This document shows, piece by piece, positions 1-9,510 of a stretch of DNA of 29,806 nt. The DNA is taken from assembly GCA_032128115.1 (NCBI GenBank), contig JAQBHB010000085.1, positions 1 through 29,806 on the forward strand, given 5' to 3'. The notes under the pieces were generated by a model. It was not told the origin of the DNA. It saw only the letters and a program-made list of their open reading frames with translations, and made no database searches. This DNA is from Deltaproteobacteria bacterium (GTDB lineage: Bacteria > Myxococcota_A > UBA9160 > SMWR01). Made by a program: the position numbers and the translations under genes. Each line of letters begins with the position of its first letter. The stretch's first letter is position 1.

Positions 1-574
1 GGATGTTCTTTGGCATGAACTCGGAATAGATGGACTCCTTGTTCGGGGCAATCAGCAAGAGGTACTCCGCGTCCCGCTCACGCAACCAGTCCCTGCGAGC
101 CTCGAACTCCCGGCGCCATTCTGCCAGCTCCCGGTTCTTCAACGAGCCGAGCCCGCGGTAGTCGTCCAGGGCTCCTTCCCCGCCGTAGAAGAACCATCCG
201 TCCACTCCCAGGACGACCTGCTTCCCGCGCCCGCCCCTGCGCGCGGCGATCGGTGTGCCCACGGGCAGATCTCCCGGTTCACCGACATCGGGAATCGTGT
301 CGAGCCAGGTCACTTCGATGTAGTTGTTCCATCGGATCAGGGAACTCCGGAATCCCATCCGATCGCCGTAGAAGGCGTCGAAGTCGCCCGGGTAGGAGGC
401 CAGAGAGTGCGCGTCGAACCCGAGCGTTGGCCGTGTCCGCAGGGTTCGCCGCTCGTCGCGTTCCGGGGATGGATCCAGCGAGAAGATCGCGTCGAGCACC
501 GGCGCCCACAGTAACGCGACGAAGCCGACGCTGATCAGCAGGTTGAAGGCAAGGCGAGCACGTCCGGGAGCCAT
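1..574 (-). CDS. AlgJ/AlgX-like SGNH O-acetyltransferase partner (3' end runs off the window)
   Basis: Not in the ORF track. Manual translation from ATG 574 is open to the edge: MAPGRARLAFNLLISVGFVALLWAPVLD (TM anchor)...DRMGFRSSLIRW...VVLGVDGWFFY...YLLLIAPNKESIYSEFMP. GxDGWxF and PxKxxIYxE motifs are typical of the AlgJ/ALGX family. It lies 15 nt downstream of an AlgI-like MBOAT. Confidence 0.85.
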   Translation of the reverse strand, partial: MAPGRARLAFNLLISVGFVALLWAPVLDAIFSLDPSPERDERRTLRTRPTLGFDAHSLASYPGDFDAFYGDRMGFRSSLIRWNNYIEVTWLDTIPDVGEPGDLPVGTPIAARRGGRGKQVVLGVDGWFFYGGEGALDDYRGLGSLKNRELAEWRREFEARRDWLRERDAEYLLLIAPNKESIYSEFMPKNI

Positions 575-589
575 CACGTCGCCGTACCC

Positions 590-2038
590 TCAGAAGCGGA
601 AATAGAGGAAGGGACTGAACGTCGACACCGAGATCTGCATGGCGCAGGCCAGAAGGATCAACACGATCGCCGACAGGGACACCAGACCACGAGCCACCTC
701 GCGGCCCAGCGACGGCGCGTCGCCGCCTCCCGCCCAGATGCGTGAGCCCCCGCGCGCGAGCCACGAGAGGATCGGCGCAGAGCCGATCGCGCCCACCAGG
801 AGCGCGAGCCACACCTTGTGGGTGAGGAACATGGCCGGGTAGAAGTAGGTTCCATCGCCCTCGGCTGCGCCCGCCATGGCCGCCAGCAGGCTCCCTGCCT
901 GGCCGATCGTCTCCGATCGGAACAACACCCACCCCACCACGACGATCAACAGGGTGTAGGCGTGAGCCAGGGGCATCAGGGCCGCCGGTATCGTCCGCCC
1001 GCGCACCAGGCGTTCGACCACGAGGAACAACCCATGGTAGAGGCCCCAAAGCACGAAGATCCAGCTCGCTCCGTGCCAGAGACCGCACAGGAAGAACACG
1101 ATCAACAGGTTGAGGTAGGTCCGGGGGCCGCCCCGGCGGTTCCCGCCCAGCGGAACGTAGAGGTAGTCGCGGAACCAGGTGGAGAGCGAGATATGCCACC
1201 TTCGCCAGAAGCCGGTCAGGGACCGGGCGATGTAGGGATGATCGAAGTTCTCGCGAAACCGGAAGCCCAGCATATAACCCATGCCGATGGCCATGTCCGA
1301 ATAGCCGGAGAAGTCGAAGTAGATCTGGAGCGTGAAGCCGACGGCGCCTAGCCACGCGAGCCCTGGGGTCAGGTACTCGCCGGGGATCGAGAAGATGCCG
1401 TCGACAGGCACGGCCAGGGTATCGGCAATCAGGATCTTCTTGCCAAGGCCGATTGCAAAGCGCCAGACCCCCGTGGTGAAGACCTCGAGCGACAGGGTCC
1501 GCTTCACCAGCTGATCCGCGATGTCGCGATACCGCACGATGGGCCCGGCGACCAGCTGCGGGAACATCGAGATGTACAGGGCGACGTTGAGGGGATTCTT
1601 CTGGGCCGAACTCCTGCCCCGGTAGACATCGATGACGTAGGAGAGTGCCTGGAAGGTGAAGAAGGAGATGCCGAGCGGCAGATGCACGGGGTCGAACCCG
1701 ATCGGGTCCCCGCCCATCTCCACCAGCAGCGGGCTCAAGGCCTCTGCCAGGAAATTCGCGTACTTGAACCACGCCAGCAGCCCCAGGTTGGCGGCGACGG
1801 CCAGCGCGAGGATGGCCCGCGCGTGCAAGGCCGCCGCACGCTGGAGCCACCAGCCGAATGCGTGGTTGAGGCCGATCGAGGTCAGCAGCACGAGTACGAA
1901 GAAGGTCTCTCCCCACGCGTAGAAGAAGAGGCTGCACGACAAGAGCAACAGATTGCGCAGCGGTCCCGGAGCGGCGAGGTAGACCACCAGGACAATCGGA
2001 AGGAAGAGGAACAGGAAGACGGGCGAGCTGAAGACCAT
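590..2038 (-). CDS. MBOAT family O-acyltransferase, AlgI/PatA/DltB-like
   Basis: 482 aa, highly hydrophobic. Motifs MVFSSPVFLFLFLP, LPLGISFFTFQALSY, FPQLVAGPIVR, DFSGYSDMAIG, FWRRWHISLSTW, GLWHGA (catalytic His) and C-terminal PFLYFRF. Confidence 0.95.
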   Translation of the reverse strand: MVFSSPVFLFLFLPIVLVVYLAAPGPLRNLLLLSCSLFFYAWGETFFVLVLLTSIGLNHAFGWWLQRAAALHARAILALAVAANLGLLAWFKYANFLAEALSPLLVEMGGDPIGFDPVHLPLGISFFTFQALSYVIDVYRGRSSAQKNPLNVALYISMFPQLVAGPIVRYRDIADQLVKRTLSLEVFTTGVWRFAIGLGKKILIADTLAVPVDGIFSIPGEYLTPGLAWLGAVGFTLQIYFDFSGYSDMAIGMGYMLGFRFRENFDHPYIARSLTGFWRRWHISLSTWFRDYLYVPLGGNRRGGPRTYLNLLIVFFLCGLWHGASWIFVLWGLYHGLFLVVERLVRGRTIPAALMPLAHAYTLLIVVVGWVLFRSETIGQAGSLLAAMAGAAEGDGTYFYPAMFLTHKVWLALLVGAIGSAPILSWLARGGSRIWAGGGDAPSLGREVARGLVSLSAIVLILLACAMQISVSTFSPFLYFRF

Positions 2039-2068
2039 GGGCAGAGGGGCCCTCTTCTGCTGGGATCA

Positions 2069-3166
2069 CTACGGCAGCTTGTAGAGCCGCCGGCAGTTCT
2101 CGGCCGTCACCAGGCGGACCGCTTCGGGGGTGAGCGTTCCCAGGGCGTGTTCGATGGCCTTGCGCGACTCGGGCCAGGTGCTGTCCGGATGCGGATAGTC
2201 GCACGCCCACATGAAGTTTTCGGGGCCGAGCAGTGGGATCAGCTCCGGTCCGAAGGGCTCCTCTTCGAAGGTGGCGTACACCTGGCGCTTGAAGATCTCG
2301 CTGGGTTTCGTCTTGATGCTGTAGTCGGGATGCGGCGCGCAGTGCTTCTCGAAGGTGGCGTCCATGCGGGCGACCATATAGGGAATCCAGCCCACGCCCG
2401 ACTCGGCCAGCACCAGCTTGAGGCCCGGGTTCCGCTCGAGCGCGCCGGCGAACATCATGATCGCGAAGGGTTCGTCCAGCTGGATGGGCGCGATGGCAGC
2501 GAAGGCTGCGATCTGCCACTTGCCCCGGGTCGGATCGACCCGCTGGCTTCCGCCCCCGATGTGGAAGCTGATGGGTACATCGGCCTCGGTCGCTGCTGCC
2601 CACAGCCGGTCCCACGCCGGATCGGACACGTCGGCCTCGAAGGCGTGAAGCAGCGCTCCCCGGTGACCCATCTCGAGAACTCGGGCGAGTTCGGCCGTGG
2701 CGTCCTCCGGCGACGTGGTGGGAAGCACCGGCAGGGCACTGAGTCGATCGGGGGCGAAGCGGTTGAACTCCTCCGCCGCCCAGTCGTTCCAGGCCTGGAT
2801 CGTGAGCTTCTTGAGCTTCGGGTCCTCGATGGGAAAGCCGAACAGCGTTCCCGGCCCGTACACGATGGACGCGTGGATCCCGTCGCGCTCCATGTCCTGC
2901 ATGCGCAGCTTCGGGTCGCTGGCGCGGAACCCATCGTCGTCCGGGTACACGCGTTCGATGGCGCTGGGGATCTGGGGGATTTTCCCACTCGGCCCCATGA
3001 TGCGACCGCCTGCCACCCAGAGCTTGAACGTGCCGCGCTCCTCCACATGGGGCGCGGCCTCGTGATTCCGGCGGTCCAGGCGCCGCGTCCAGAGGTCGGG
3101 CGGCAGGTTGTAGATGTCGAGATGGTCATCGCACGAGTAGATGCGGTCGCCACCGGTGTCGGTCAT
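2069..3166 (-). CDS. Amidohydrolase family protein (Amidohydro_2 type)
   Basis: Start reassigned to ATG 3166 (MTDTGGDRIYSCDDH). Motifs SCDDH, MERDGI, AWNDW, SFHIG, LAESGVGWIP, WACDYPHPDSTWP. 365 aa. Confidence 0.9.
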   Translation of the reverse strand: MTDTGGDRIYSCDDHLDIYNLPPDLWTRRLDRRNHEAAPHVEERGTFKLWVAGGRIMGPSGKIPQIPSAIERVYPDDDGFRASDPKLRMQDMERDGIHASIVYGPGTLFGFPIEDPKLKKLTIQAWNDWAAEEFNRFAPDRLSALPVLPTTSPEDATAELARVLEMGHRGALLHAFEADVSDPAWDRLWAAATEADVPISFHIGGGSQRVDPTRGKWQIAAFAAIAPIQLDEPFAIMMFAGALERNPGLKLVLAESGVGWIPYMVARMDATFEKHCAPHPDYSIKTKPSEIFKRQVYATFEEEPFGPELIPLLGPENFMWACDYPHPDSTWPESRKAIEHALGTLTPEAVRLVTAENCRRLYKLP

Positions 3167-3189
3167 GTCGAAACCTCGCGCTGGATCCC

Positions 3190-4407
3190 CTAGAGGATCG
3201 CCTTGGATTCCTTGTGCCGGGAGATTTCGTCCCAGGTGAGGCCGAGTTCCAGCAGCACCTCCTCGGTGTGCTGGCCGTGCTCGGGAGCGCCAGAGAGCTC
3301 CGCCGGCTTCTCGTCGAACTGCACCGGGTTGTTCGCCAGCATGAAGGTGGAGCCATCGCCGCCCTGGACTTCCTGCAGGTAGCCGTTGGCCAGCACCTGC
3401 GGATCCTCGTGAATCTCGAGGGGAGTCTGCAGCGGCGCCCACACGCCTTCCATGCTGGCGAGCTTCTGCTTCCATTCCTCGAGGGTTCGCGACCCGAACA
3501 CCTGGTCGAGGATGTCGACGCAGGCCTCCCGGTTCTCGAAGCGCTTGGCGTTCTCGGCGAAGCGTTCATCCTCGATCAGATCGGGCCTGTCGATGTGGCG
3601 GCAGAAGTCGGGCCAGAAGCGGTCGGCCTGCAGCATGATCAGGATGAGCCAGCGGTCGTCCTTCGTCTTGTACTGGTTCACCACCGGATTGGGCGCGCGC
3701 TTTCGGTTGAAAGACGGAAACTTCGGAATGAACGGACTCGACGTGATGTCGGGCGAGAGCACCCAGCACGCGGTGCTCAGCAGCGAGATGTCCACCACCG
3801 AGGGCTTTCCGGTGCGTTCGCGCTTGAAGAGCGCCCCCGCGACCCCGCCGGCGATGGTCATGCCGCCGATCCCGTCGCCGAAGGCGGGACGCTGCCCCAC
3901 CGGCGCCTGGGCATTCGGCACGCTGCCGGTGAAGGCCTCGGCCAGGGCTCCTCGCGCCCAGAACGAGGCTCCGTCGTAGCCCCCCTTCCCGGCGTCGGGC
4001 CCCTGGGTTCCCTGCCCCGAGCCCCGGGCATAGATGATGTCGGGATTGCGGGCGCGGATGTGTTCCACGTCGATCTGGAGCTTCTGTCGAGCATCGGGAA
4101 GGAAACTGGTGAGAAAGACGTCCGAGCGCTCGGCCAGGCGGTAGAGGATCTCGCGCCCGTCCTGGCTGCCAAGATCGATGCCCACGCTGCGCTTGCCGCG
4201 GTTGGGTTGCTCCCACATGAAATTGAAGCCGCCCTTGCCCACGGGCAGCAGTCCGGAGCTGATGAGGCCCCGCTGCGGGTCGCCCGTCACCGGGTGCTCC
4301 ACCTTGATGACGTCGGCGCCCCAGTCGGCCAGCACGCCGCCGCAGGACGGGACGAACCACCACTGTGCCACCTCGAGAACGCGAATTCCCTCCAGAACCC
4401 TCTCCAT
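3190..4407 (-). CDS. Family III CoA transferase (CaiB/BaiF)
   Basis: LEGIRVLEV, LADWGADVIKVEHP, NRGKRSVGIDL, catalytic Asp in PAFGD, C-terminal APEHGQHTEEVL. ATG 4407 is preceded by AAAGGGG; GTG 4413 is an alternative start. Confidence 0.93.
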   Translation of the reverse strand: MERVLEGIRVLEVAQWWFVPSCGGVLADWGADVIKVEHPVTGDPQRGLISSGLLPVGKGGFNFMWEQPNRGKRSVGIDLGSQDGREILYRLAERSDVFLTSFLPDARQKLQIDVEHIRARNPDIIYARGSGQGTQGPDAGKGGYDGASFWARGALAEAFTGSVPNAQAPVGQRPAFGDGIGGMTIAGGVAGALFKRERTGKPSVVDISLLSTACWVLSPDITSSPFIPKFPSFNRKRAPNPVVNQYKTKDDRWLILIMLQADRFWPDFCRHIDRPDLIEDERFAENAKRFENREACVDILDQVFGSRTLEEWKQKLASMEGVWAPLQTPLEIHEDPQVLANGYLQEVQGGDGSTFMLANNPVQFDEKPAELSGAPEHGQHTEEVLLELGLTWDEISRHKESKAIL

Positions 4408-4444
4408 GGTCACCCCTTTCGGTCGCCCCAGCCGAGACGGGCGT

Positions 4445-4450
4445 TAGAAT
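4445..4450 (+). promoter_or_regulatory. Putative -10 element (TAGAAT) of a leaderless or near-leaderless transcript
   Basis: TAGAAT lies 8 nt upstream of GTG 4459, with no Shine-Dalgarno sequence, in a 51-nt divergent intergenic region. Confidence 0.55.
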
Positions 4451-4458
4451 ACACGACC

Positions 4459-5763
4459 GTGGCATGGGATTTCTCGACGGAACCGGAGTTCCAGACCCAG
4501 CTCGACTGGATCGACGGCTTCGTACGCGAGGAGATCGAGCCCATCGACCTGGTGTTTCCCGACCCGGGAGCGCCCTACGACCCGAACAACGCCCACGCGC
4601 GTCGAATCACCGCGCCGCTCAAGGAAAGGGTCAGGGAGCGGGGCCTGTGGGCCTGCCACCTGGGCCCGGAGCTGGGTGGCCGGGGCTACGGCCAGTTGAA
4701 GCTCGCCTTCATGAACGAGATCCTGGGGCGCTCCGCCTGGGCGCCCAGCGTATTCGGCTGCCAGGCCCCCGACTCGGGCAACGCCGAGATCCTGGCTCAC
4801 TACGGCAGCGAAGAACAGAAACGGCGCTACCTGCAACCGCTGCTCGATGGCGAGATCGTGTCCTGCTACTCGATGACCGAACCCCACGCGGGTTCCGATC
4901 CCAGGATGTTCACCACCCGCGCCGTGCGTGATGGGGACGAATGGGTGATCGACGGCGAAAAATGGTTCTCGTCCAACGCATGCTACGCGTCGTTCCTGAT
5001 CGTGATGCTGGTGACCAATACCGAGGTGAGCGCCTACGAAGGCATGTCCATGTTCCTGGTGCCCATGGACACGCCGGGAGTCACGATCGTCCGTAACATC
5101 GGGCTGGCGGGGGAATCTCCGGGCGAGGGATCGCACGCCTACATCCGCTTCGAAGGCGCGCGCGTCCCCGCCGAGAACCTGCTGGGTGATGAGGGCTCGG
5201 CCTTTGTCATCGCCCAGACCCGGCTGGGCGGCGGCCGCATCCACCACGCCATGCGCACCGTGGGTCAGTGTCGGCGCGCCTTCGACATGATGTGCGAGCG
5301 AGCGCTCTCGCGAGAGACCCAGGGTTCGCTCCTCGCCGAAAAACAGGGCGTGCAGAGTGACATTGCCGATTCGTGGATCGAGCTGCAGCAGTTCCGACTG
5401 CTGGTGCTGAACGCGGCCTGGCTGATCGACCGGGGCGACAAACAGCAGGCGCGCACCTGGGTCGCGGCGGTCAAGGTGCAGACGCCGAAGATCCTGCACG
5501 ACGTGGTATGGCGCGCCATGCACCTGCACGGCGCCATCGGCGTCTCGAACGAGATGCCGTTCGGCAGCCTGTGGCTCACCGCGGCCGTGATGGGCATCGT
5601 GGACGGGCCCACTGAGGTGCATCGGATCACGGTGGCGCGGCGGGTGCTGCGCGACTACAAAGCCGCCGATGGACTCTTCCCCAGCCAACACCTGCCCGCC
5701 CGACGCGAAGCCGCTCACGCGAAGTTCGCGGACATCCTCGAGCGCGAGATCGAAAATCTCTAG
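4459..5763 (+). CDS. Acyl-CoA dehydrogenase (ACAD10/11-like subgroup)
   Basis: True start inferred at GTG 4459 (MAWDFSTEPEFQ) within the 3214..5763 ORF. Motifs FGCQAPDSGNAEIL, SMTEPHAGSDP, GEKWFSS, AQTRLGGGRIHHAMR, DGPTEVH. 434 aa. Confidence 0.92.
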   Translation: MAWDFSTEPEFQTQLDWIDGFVREEIEPIDLVFPDPGAPYDPNNAHARRITAPLKERVRERGLWACHLGPELGGRGYGQLKLAFMNEILGRSAWAPSVFGCQAPDSGNAEILAHYGSEEQKRRYLQPLLDGEIVSCYSMTEPHAGSDPRMFTTRAVRDGDEWVIDGEKWFSSNACYASFLIVMLVTNTEVSAYEGMSMFLVPMDTPGVTIVRNIGLAGESPGEGSHAYIRFEGARVPAENLLGDEGSAFVIAQTRLGGGRIHHAMRTVGQCRRAFDMMCERALSRETQGSLLAEKQGVQSDIADSWIELQQFRLLVLNAAWLIDRGDKQQARTWVAAVKVQTPKILHDVVWRAMHLHGAIGVSNEMPFGSLWLTAAVMGIVDGPTEVHRITVARRVLRDYKAADGLFPSQHLPARREAAHAKFADILEREIENL

Positions 5764-5803
5764 GCATCGCGCCACCGGGTCGGATCCAGGGGGAGCAGTA
5801 GAG

Positions 5804-7267
5804 ATGGAAGTGCGCGACAAGCTCTTCATCGGTGGCGACTGGGTCGCGCCCGCGAAGGACGAGACGATCGAGGTGATCTCGCCCTTCACCGAACAGGTAA
5901 TTGCGCGCGTGCCCCACGCCAGCCGGGGCGACATGGACCGCGCCGTGGCGGCTGCGCGGGATGCCTTCGAGAACGGACCGTGGCCCCACTCGACGCCGGA
6001 GGAACGCGCCGATCTGCTCACGGCACTCTCCCGCGGCATCCTGGCCCGGGGGCCCGAGTTCGCCGAGACCATCACCCGCGAGATGGGCTGCCCGGCTTCG
6101 TTTTCGTTCATGGGCCAGGTGCTGTCGGCCAGCATGGTCTTCGACGCCTTCGCCGAGCTGGTGCGGAGTCATGCCTTCGAGGAAATACGCCCAGGCATGC
6201 TGGGCGCCTCGATCGTGCGCCGCGTACCGGTGGGTGTGGCGGCCGGCATCGTGCCCTGGAACGTTCCTCTCTTCACCGCCGCCATGAAGATCGGCGCCGC
6301 CCTGGCGGCCGGCGTGCCCATGATTCTCAAGCCCGCGGAAGAGACGCCGCTCGACGCCTACCTGCTGGCGGAGGTCGCGCTCGACATCGGTCTGCCCCCG
6401 GGAGTTCTCAACGTGGTGCCCGCCGGGCGCACCGTGGGGGAGTACCTGGTGCGGCACCCGGGCATCGACAAGGTCAGCTTCACCGGCTCCACCGCCGCGG
6501 GGCGCCGCATCGGCGCCATCTGTGGCGAGCAACTCAAGCGCTGCACCCTGGAGCTCGGCGGCAAGTCGGCGGCCATCGTGTGCGATGACGCCGATCTGGA
6601 CGTCCAGATTCCCATGCTGCTTCCCACGGCACTTCTGAACAACGGCCAGGCCTGCCTGGCGCAGACCCGCATCCTGGCGTCGCGTCGGCGTTACGATGAG
6701 GTGGTGGATGCCCTCACTGCGGCAGTCGCGGCGCTCCGGGTGGGCGACCCCTCGGATCCCGAGGTGTTCGTGGGACCGTTGGTGTCGGCGCGCCAACGCG
6801 AGCGGGTCGAGGGCTACCTGGAAGCCGGCCGCCGCGAGGGTGCCCGCGTCACCACCGGCGGCGGGCGGCCGGCTGCCTTCGACACGGGCTGGTTCGTGGA
6901 ACCCACGGTCTTCGCGGATGTGGACAATTCCATGCGGATCGCCCGCGAGGAGATCTTCGGGCCGGTGCTCTCGGTGATCCCCTATGAGAACGAGGCCGAC
7001 GCCATTCGCATCGCCAATGATTCCGAGTTCGGGCTCTCGGGCTCGGTCTGGACCGCCGACGTGGAACGCGGCATCGAGATCGCGCGCGGCGTGCGCACCG
7101 GCAGCTACGGCGTGAACGCCATTGGCACCCTGGATGTGAAGAACCCGTTCGGGGGCTTCAAGAACTCGGGCATCGGACGCGAATGCGGACTCGAAGGACT
7201 TTCGGCCTACCTGGAGACCCAGACCATCGTGCTGCCGGCGGGAACGCCTCCCCCGGCCGCATCCTGA
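5804..7267 (+). CDS. NAD-dependent aldehyde dehydrogenase
   Basis: ATG 5804 after GGGAG. IVPWNVP, KPAEETP, SFTGSTAAG, TLELGGKS (catalytic Glu), NGQAC (catalytic Cys), EEIFGPV, PFGGFKNSGIGRE. 487 aa. Confidence 0.96.
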   Translation: MEVRDKLFIGGDWVAPAKDETIEVISPFTEQVIARVPHASRGDMDRAVAAARDAFENGPWPHSTPEERADLLTALSRGILARGPEFAETITREMGCPASFSFMGQVLSASMVFDAFAELVRSHAFEEIRPGMLGASIVRRVPVGVAAGIVPWNVPLFTAAMKIGAALAAGVPMILKPAEETPLDAYLLAEVALDIGLPPGVLNVVPAGRTVGEYLVRHPGIDKVSFTGSTAAGRRIGAICGEQLKRCTLELGGKSAAIVCDDADLDVQIPMLLPTALLNNGQACLAQTRILASRRRYDEVVDALTAAVAALRVGDPSDPEVFVGPLVSARQRERVEGYLEAGRREGARVTTGGGRPAAFDTGWFVEPTVFADVDNSMRIAREEIFGPVLSVIPYENEADAIRIANDSEFGLSGSVWTADVERGIEIARGVRTGSYGVNAIGTLDVKNPFGGFKNSGIGRECGLEGLSAYLETQTIVLPAGTPPPAAS

Positions 7268-7281
7268 GCGACGGAGAAGCC

Positions 7282-8031
7282 TTGGCCTATCAGCAGATCC
7301 GTTTCGAAACCTCTGACGCAATCGCCACGATCACCCTCGACCGCCCCGACGTGCTGAACGCCTATCAGCCGGCGATGGGCAACGAGCTGGTGGAGGCCTT
7401 CGCACGGGCCCGCGATGACGACGGAATCCGCGCCGTGGTGCTCACCGGCGCCGGCCGCGCCTTCTGCGCCGGGGTGGACCTCAAGTTCATGAAGGAGCAC
7501 GCAGCCCGCATTACAGGGGGCGAGGATCTCGTGCCCCTGGGCGAGGAGCACTTCGTGAAGGGCTTTGCCCAGGACCTGGCGGCCTTCCCCAAACCGGTGA
7601 TCGTGGCCATCAACGGGCCGGCCATCGGCGTGGGCGTCACCCTGTCGCTGCCTTGCGACATCCGGCTGGCGGCCGAGAGCGCCAGGCTGGGCATGACCTT
7701 CACCAAGCTGGGCATGCTGCCGGGGCTGGGCGCCACCCACTTCCTTCCGCGCATCGTCGGACTGGCCATGGCGCTGGAGCTGGTGCTCACCGCGCGCGTG
7801 ATCGACGCTCCCGAAGCCGCCCGGATCGGGTTGGTCAATCGGGTGGTACCCGACGACCTGCTGCTGGACGAGGCGCGACGGATGGCGGCCTTGACGGCCG
7901 AGTGCGATCCAATGGCCCTGGCTGCCGCCAAGCAGGCGCTGCACTTCGGGTCGAGCGCGAGCCTGCCCGAGGCCATGGCTAGCGAACGCGATCACTCGAG
8001 CGCCCTGCGCCGCCGCCGCGAGGGCTCCTGA
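7282..8031 (+). CDS. Enoyl-CoA hydratase/isomerase family protein (lacks canonical catalytic Glu)
   Basis: TTG 7282 after GGAG: MAYQQIRFETSDAIATITLDRPDVLNA, GAGRAFCAGVDL, PKPVIVAINGPAIGVG, EAARIGLVNRVV. 249 aa. Confidence 0.92.
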   Translation: MAYQQIRFETSDAIATITLDRPDVLNAYQPAMGNELVEAFARARDDDGIRAVVLTGAGRAFCAGVDLKFMKEHAARITGGEDLVPLGEEHFVKGFAQDLAAFPKPVIVAINGPAIGVGVTLSLPCDIRLAAESARLGMTFTKLGMLPGLGATHFLPRIVGLAMALELVLTARVIDAPEAARIGLVNRVVPDDLLLDEARRMAALTAECDPMALAAAKQALHFGSSASLPEAMASERDHSSALRRRREGS

Positions 8032-8044
8032 CGTCTCAGTGAAC

Positions 8045-8050
8045 TAGACT
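8045..8050 (+). promoter_or_regulatory. Possible -10 element (TAGACT) upstream of the DUF35-fusion/thiolase pair
   Basis: TAnnnT hexamer in a 60-nt GC-rich intergenic gap, about 40 nt before ATG 8092 and its GAGGA RBS. No clear -35. Confidence 0.3.
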
Positions 8051-8091
8051 GTCGAGCCGCACACGCCCGACCGATCGGAACGAGGACCCAC

Positions 8092-9510
8092 ATGACCGGA
8101 ATCGCCGCCTATGGGGCCTACGTGCCCCGCACGCGTCTGCCGCTGGCCCTGATCGCCGGGCGCGTGGCGAAAGAAGGCAGCCCCGAGAAGGCGGTAGCCA
8201 ACTACGACGAGGACGCCGTCACCCTGGCGGTGGCCGCCGCCCTCGACTGCCTCACGGGAATCGACCGCAGCCTCGTGGATGGTGTGTACTTCGCCTCCAC
8301 CAGCTACCGGCTCGCCGAGAAGCAGGGGGCCGCGCTGATCGCCAAGGCCCTGGACCTGCGTCGCAACGTTCGCACATCGGACTTCTCGGGCTCACTGCGC
8401 GCCGGCTTCAGCGCCCTGGAATCCGCCCTCCACGCCGTGGCTGCGGGCTCCCTGCGCCACGTGCTGGTCATCGCCAGCGACTGCCGCATGGGCGCGCCGC
8501 GGAGCGCGCTCGAGTCGAAGCTCGGCGACGGCGCGGCCGCCTTCCTGGTTTCAAACGAAAATCCCATCGCCACGTTGGAAGATTCGTACGCCGTGGCCGA
8601 CGAGTTGCAGGACCTGTGGCGAGCCGGCGGCGAGACGTTCACTCACAGCTGGGAAGACCGCTTCGTGGTGAAGGAGGGTTACACGCCAAACCTGATCGAA
8701 GCGGTGCGGGGCCTGCTGGAGAAGTCCGGGCGCCAGGCCGGAGACTTTGCCCATGTCGCCCTCTACGCACCCGATGCCCGCAGCCTGGGCGACGCCGCCC
8801 GCAAACTCGCCGTGGGCCCGGAGCAGCTGCAGGACGCATTTTTCGGTCGCCTGGGAAACACGGGCGCCGCATTCGCGCCCATGCTGCTGGCAGCGTCCCT
8901 CGAAGCGTCGAAGCCCGGCGAGCGGATGCTGGCCGCCGCCTACGGCGACGGTGCCCACGCCCTTTCCTTCCAGGTGACGGAATTCATCCAGAAGCTCGAG
9001 CCCCGGCGCGGCGTCCAGGGTCATCTGGCGCAAAGGCTGCCGCTGTCGAGCTACGACGCCTACTTGCGCGCGCGCCAGCTCGATCCCGTGGAGTGGCAGG
9101 CCAGCGCCGACCTGGGTCTGTCGGCCAGCGTGCGCTTCCGGGAGCGCGACGCCGACATCGGTCTCGTGGGCGCCCGTTGTCGCTCCTGCAGCCTGGTGCA
9201 CTTTCCCAGACCACGGGTCTGTTACGGCTGCCACACCAAGGATGAGTGGGAGCCCTTCCGCCTGTCGGACCGACGAGGCCGAGTGCTCGCCTTCACTTTC
9301 GACTATTTCTTTCCGGCCGCCGAACCGCCCACCACGGTGGTGATGGTGGAGGCCGAGGGCTGCCGACTGCAGGTGCAGTTGGCCGACGCGCGCCCCGAAG
9401 ACGTGCGTCTCGATCTCCCCGTATCGTTCTGCTTCCGCAAGATCCACGACGCGGGAGGGAAGCCCAACTACTTCTGGAAGGCCGTGAGCCACCAGGGAGA
9501 AACCTCATGA
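8092..9510 (+). CDS. HMG-CoA-synthase-like (apparently inactive) domain fused to a Zn-ribbon/OB-fold DUF35 domain
   Basis: N-terminal GIAAYGAYVPRTRL, DEDAVTLAVAAA, GDGAAAF, GNTGAA, YGDGA (HMGS/KASIII fold). C-terminal CRSC...FPRPRVCYGC followed by an OB-fold ending FRKIH...NYFWKA. 472 aa. Confidence 0.9.
   Translation: MTGIAAYGAYVPRTRLPLALIAGRVAKEGSPEKAVANYDEDAVTLAVAAALDCLTGIDRSLVDGVYFASTSYRLAEKQGAALIAKALDLRRNVRTSDFSGSLRAGFSALESALHAVAAGSLRHVLVIASDCRMGAPRSALESKLGDGAAAFLVSNENPIATLEDSYAVADELQDLWRAGGETFTHSWEDRFVVKEGYTPNLIEAVRGLLEKSGRQAGDFAHVALYAPDARSLGDAARKLAVGPEQLQDAFFGRLGNTGAAFAPMLLAASLEASKPGERMLAAAYGDGAHALSFQVTEFIQKLEPRRGVQGHLAQRLPLSSYDAYLRARQLDPVEWQASADLGLSASVRFRERDADIGLVGARCRSCSLVHFPRPRVCYGCHTKDEWEPFRLSDRRGRVLAFTFDYFFPAAEPPTTVVMVEAEGCRLQVQLADARPEDVRLDLPVSFCFRKIHDAGGKPNYFWKAVSHQGETS

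Noticed and set aside
279..2615. Long alternative-frame and antisense ORFs (e.g. 279..2615, 1682..3193, 4444..6135, 5627..7321, 15170..16918, 25156..27138)
   Set aside because: Arg/Gly/Pro/Ala-rich shadows of real genes, expected in high-GC DNA with strong GC3 bias. No family motifs.
3214..4458. N-terminal extensions of the 849-aa (3214), 1061-aa (22505) and 917-aa (25015) ORFs suggesting giant fusion proteins
   Set aside because: The extensions are antisense to genuine genes. Homology-like sequence begins only at 4459, 24494 and about 24400.
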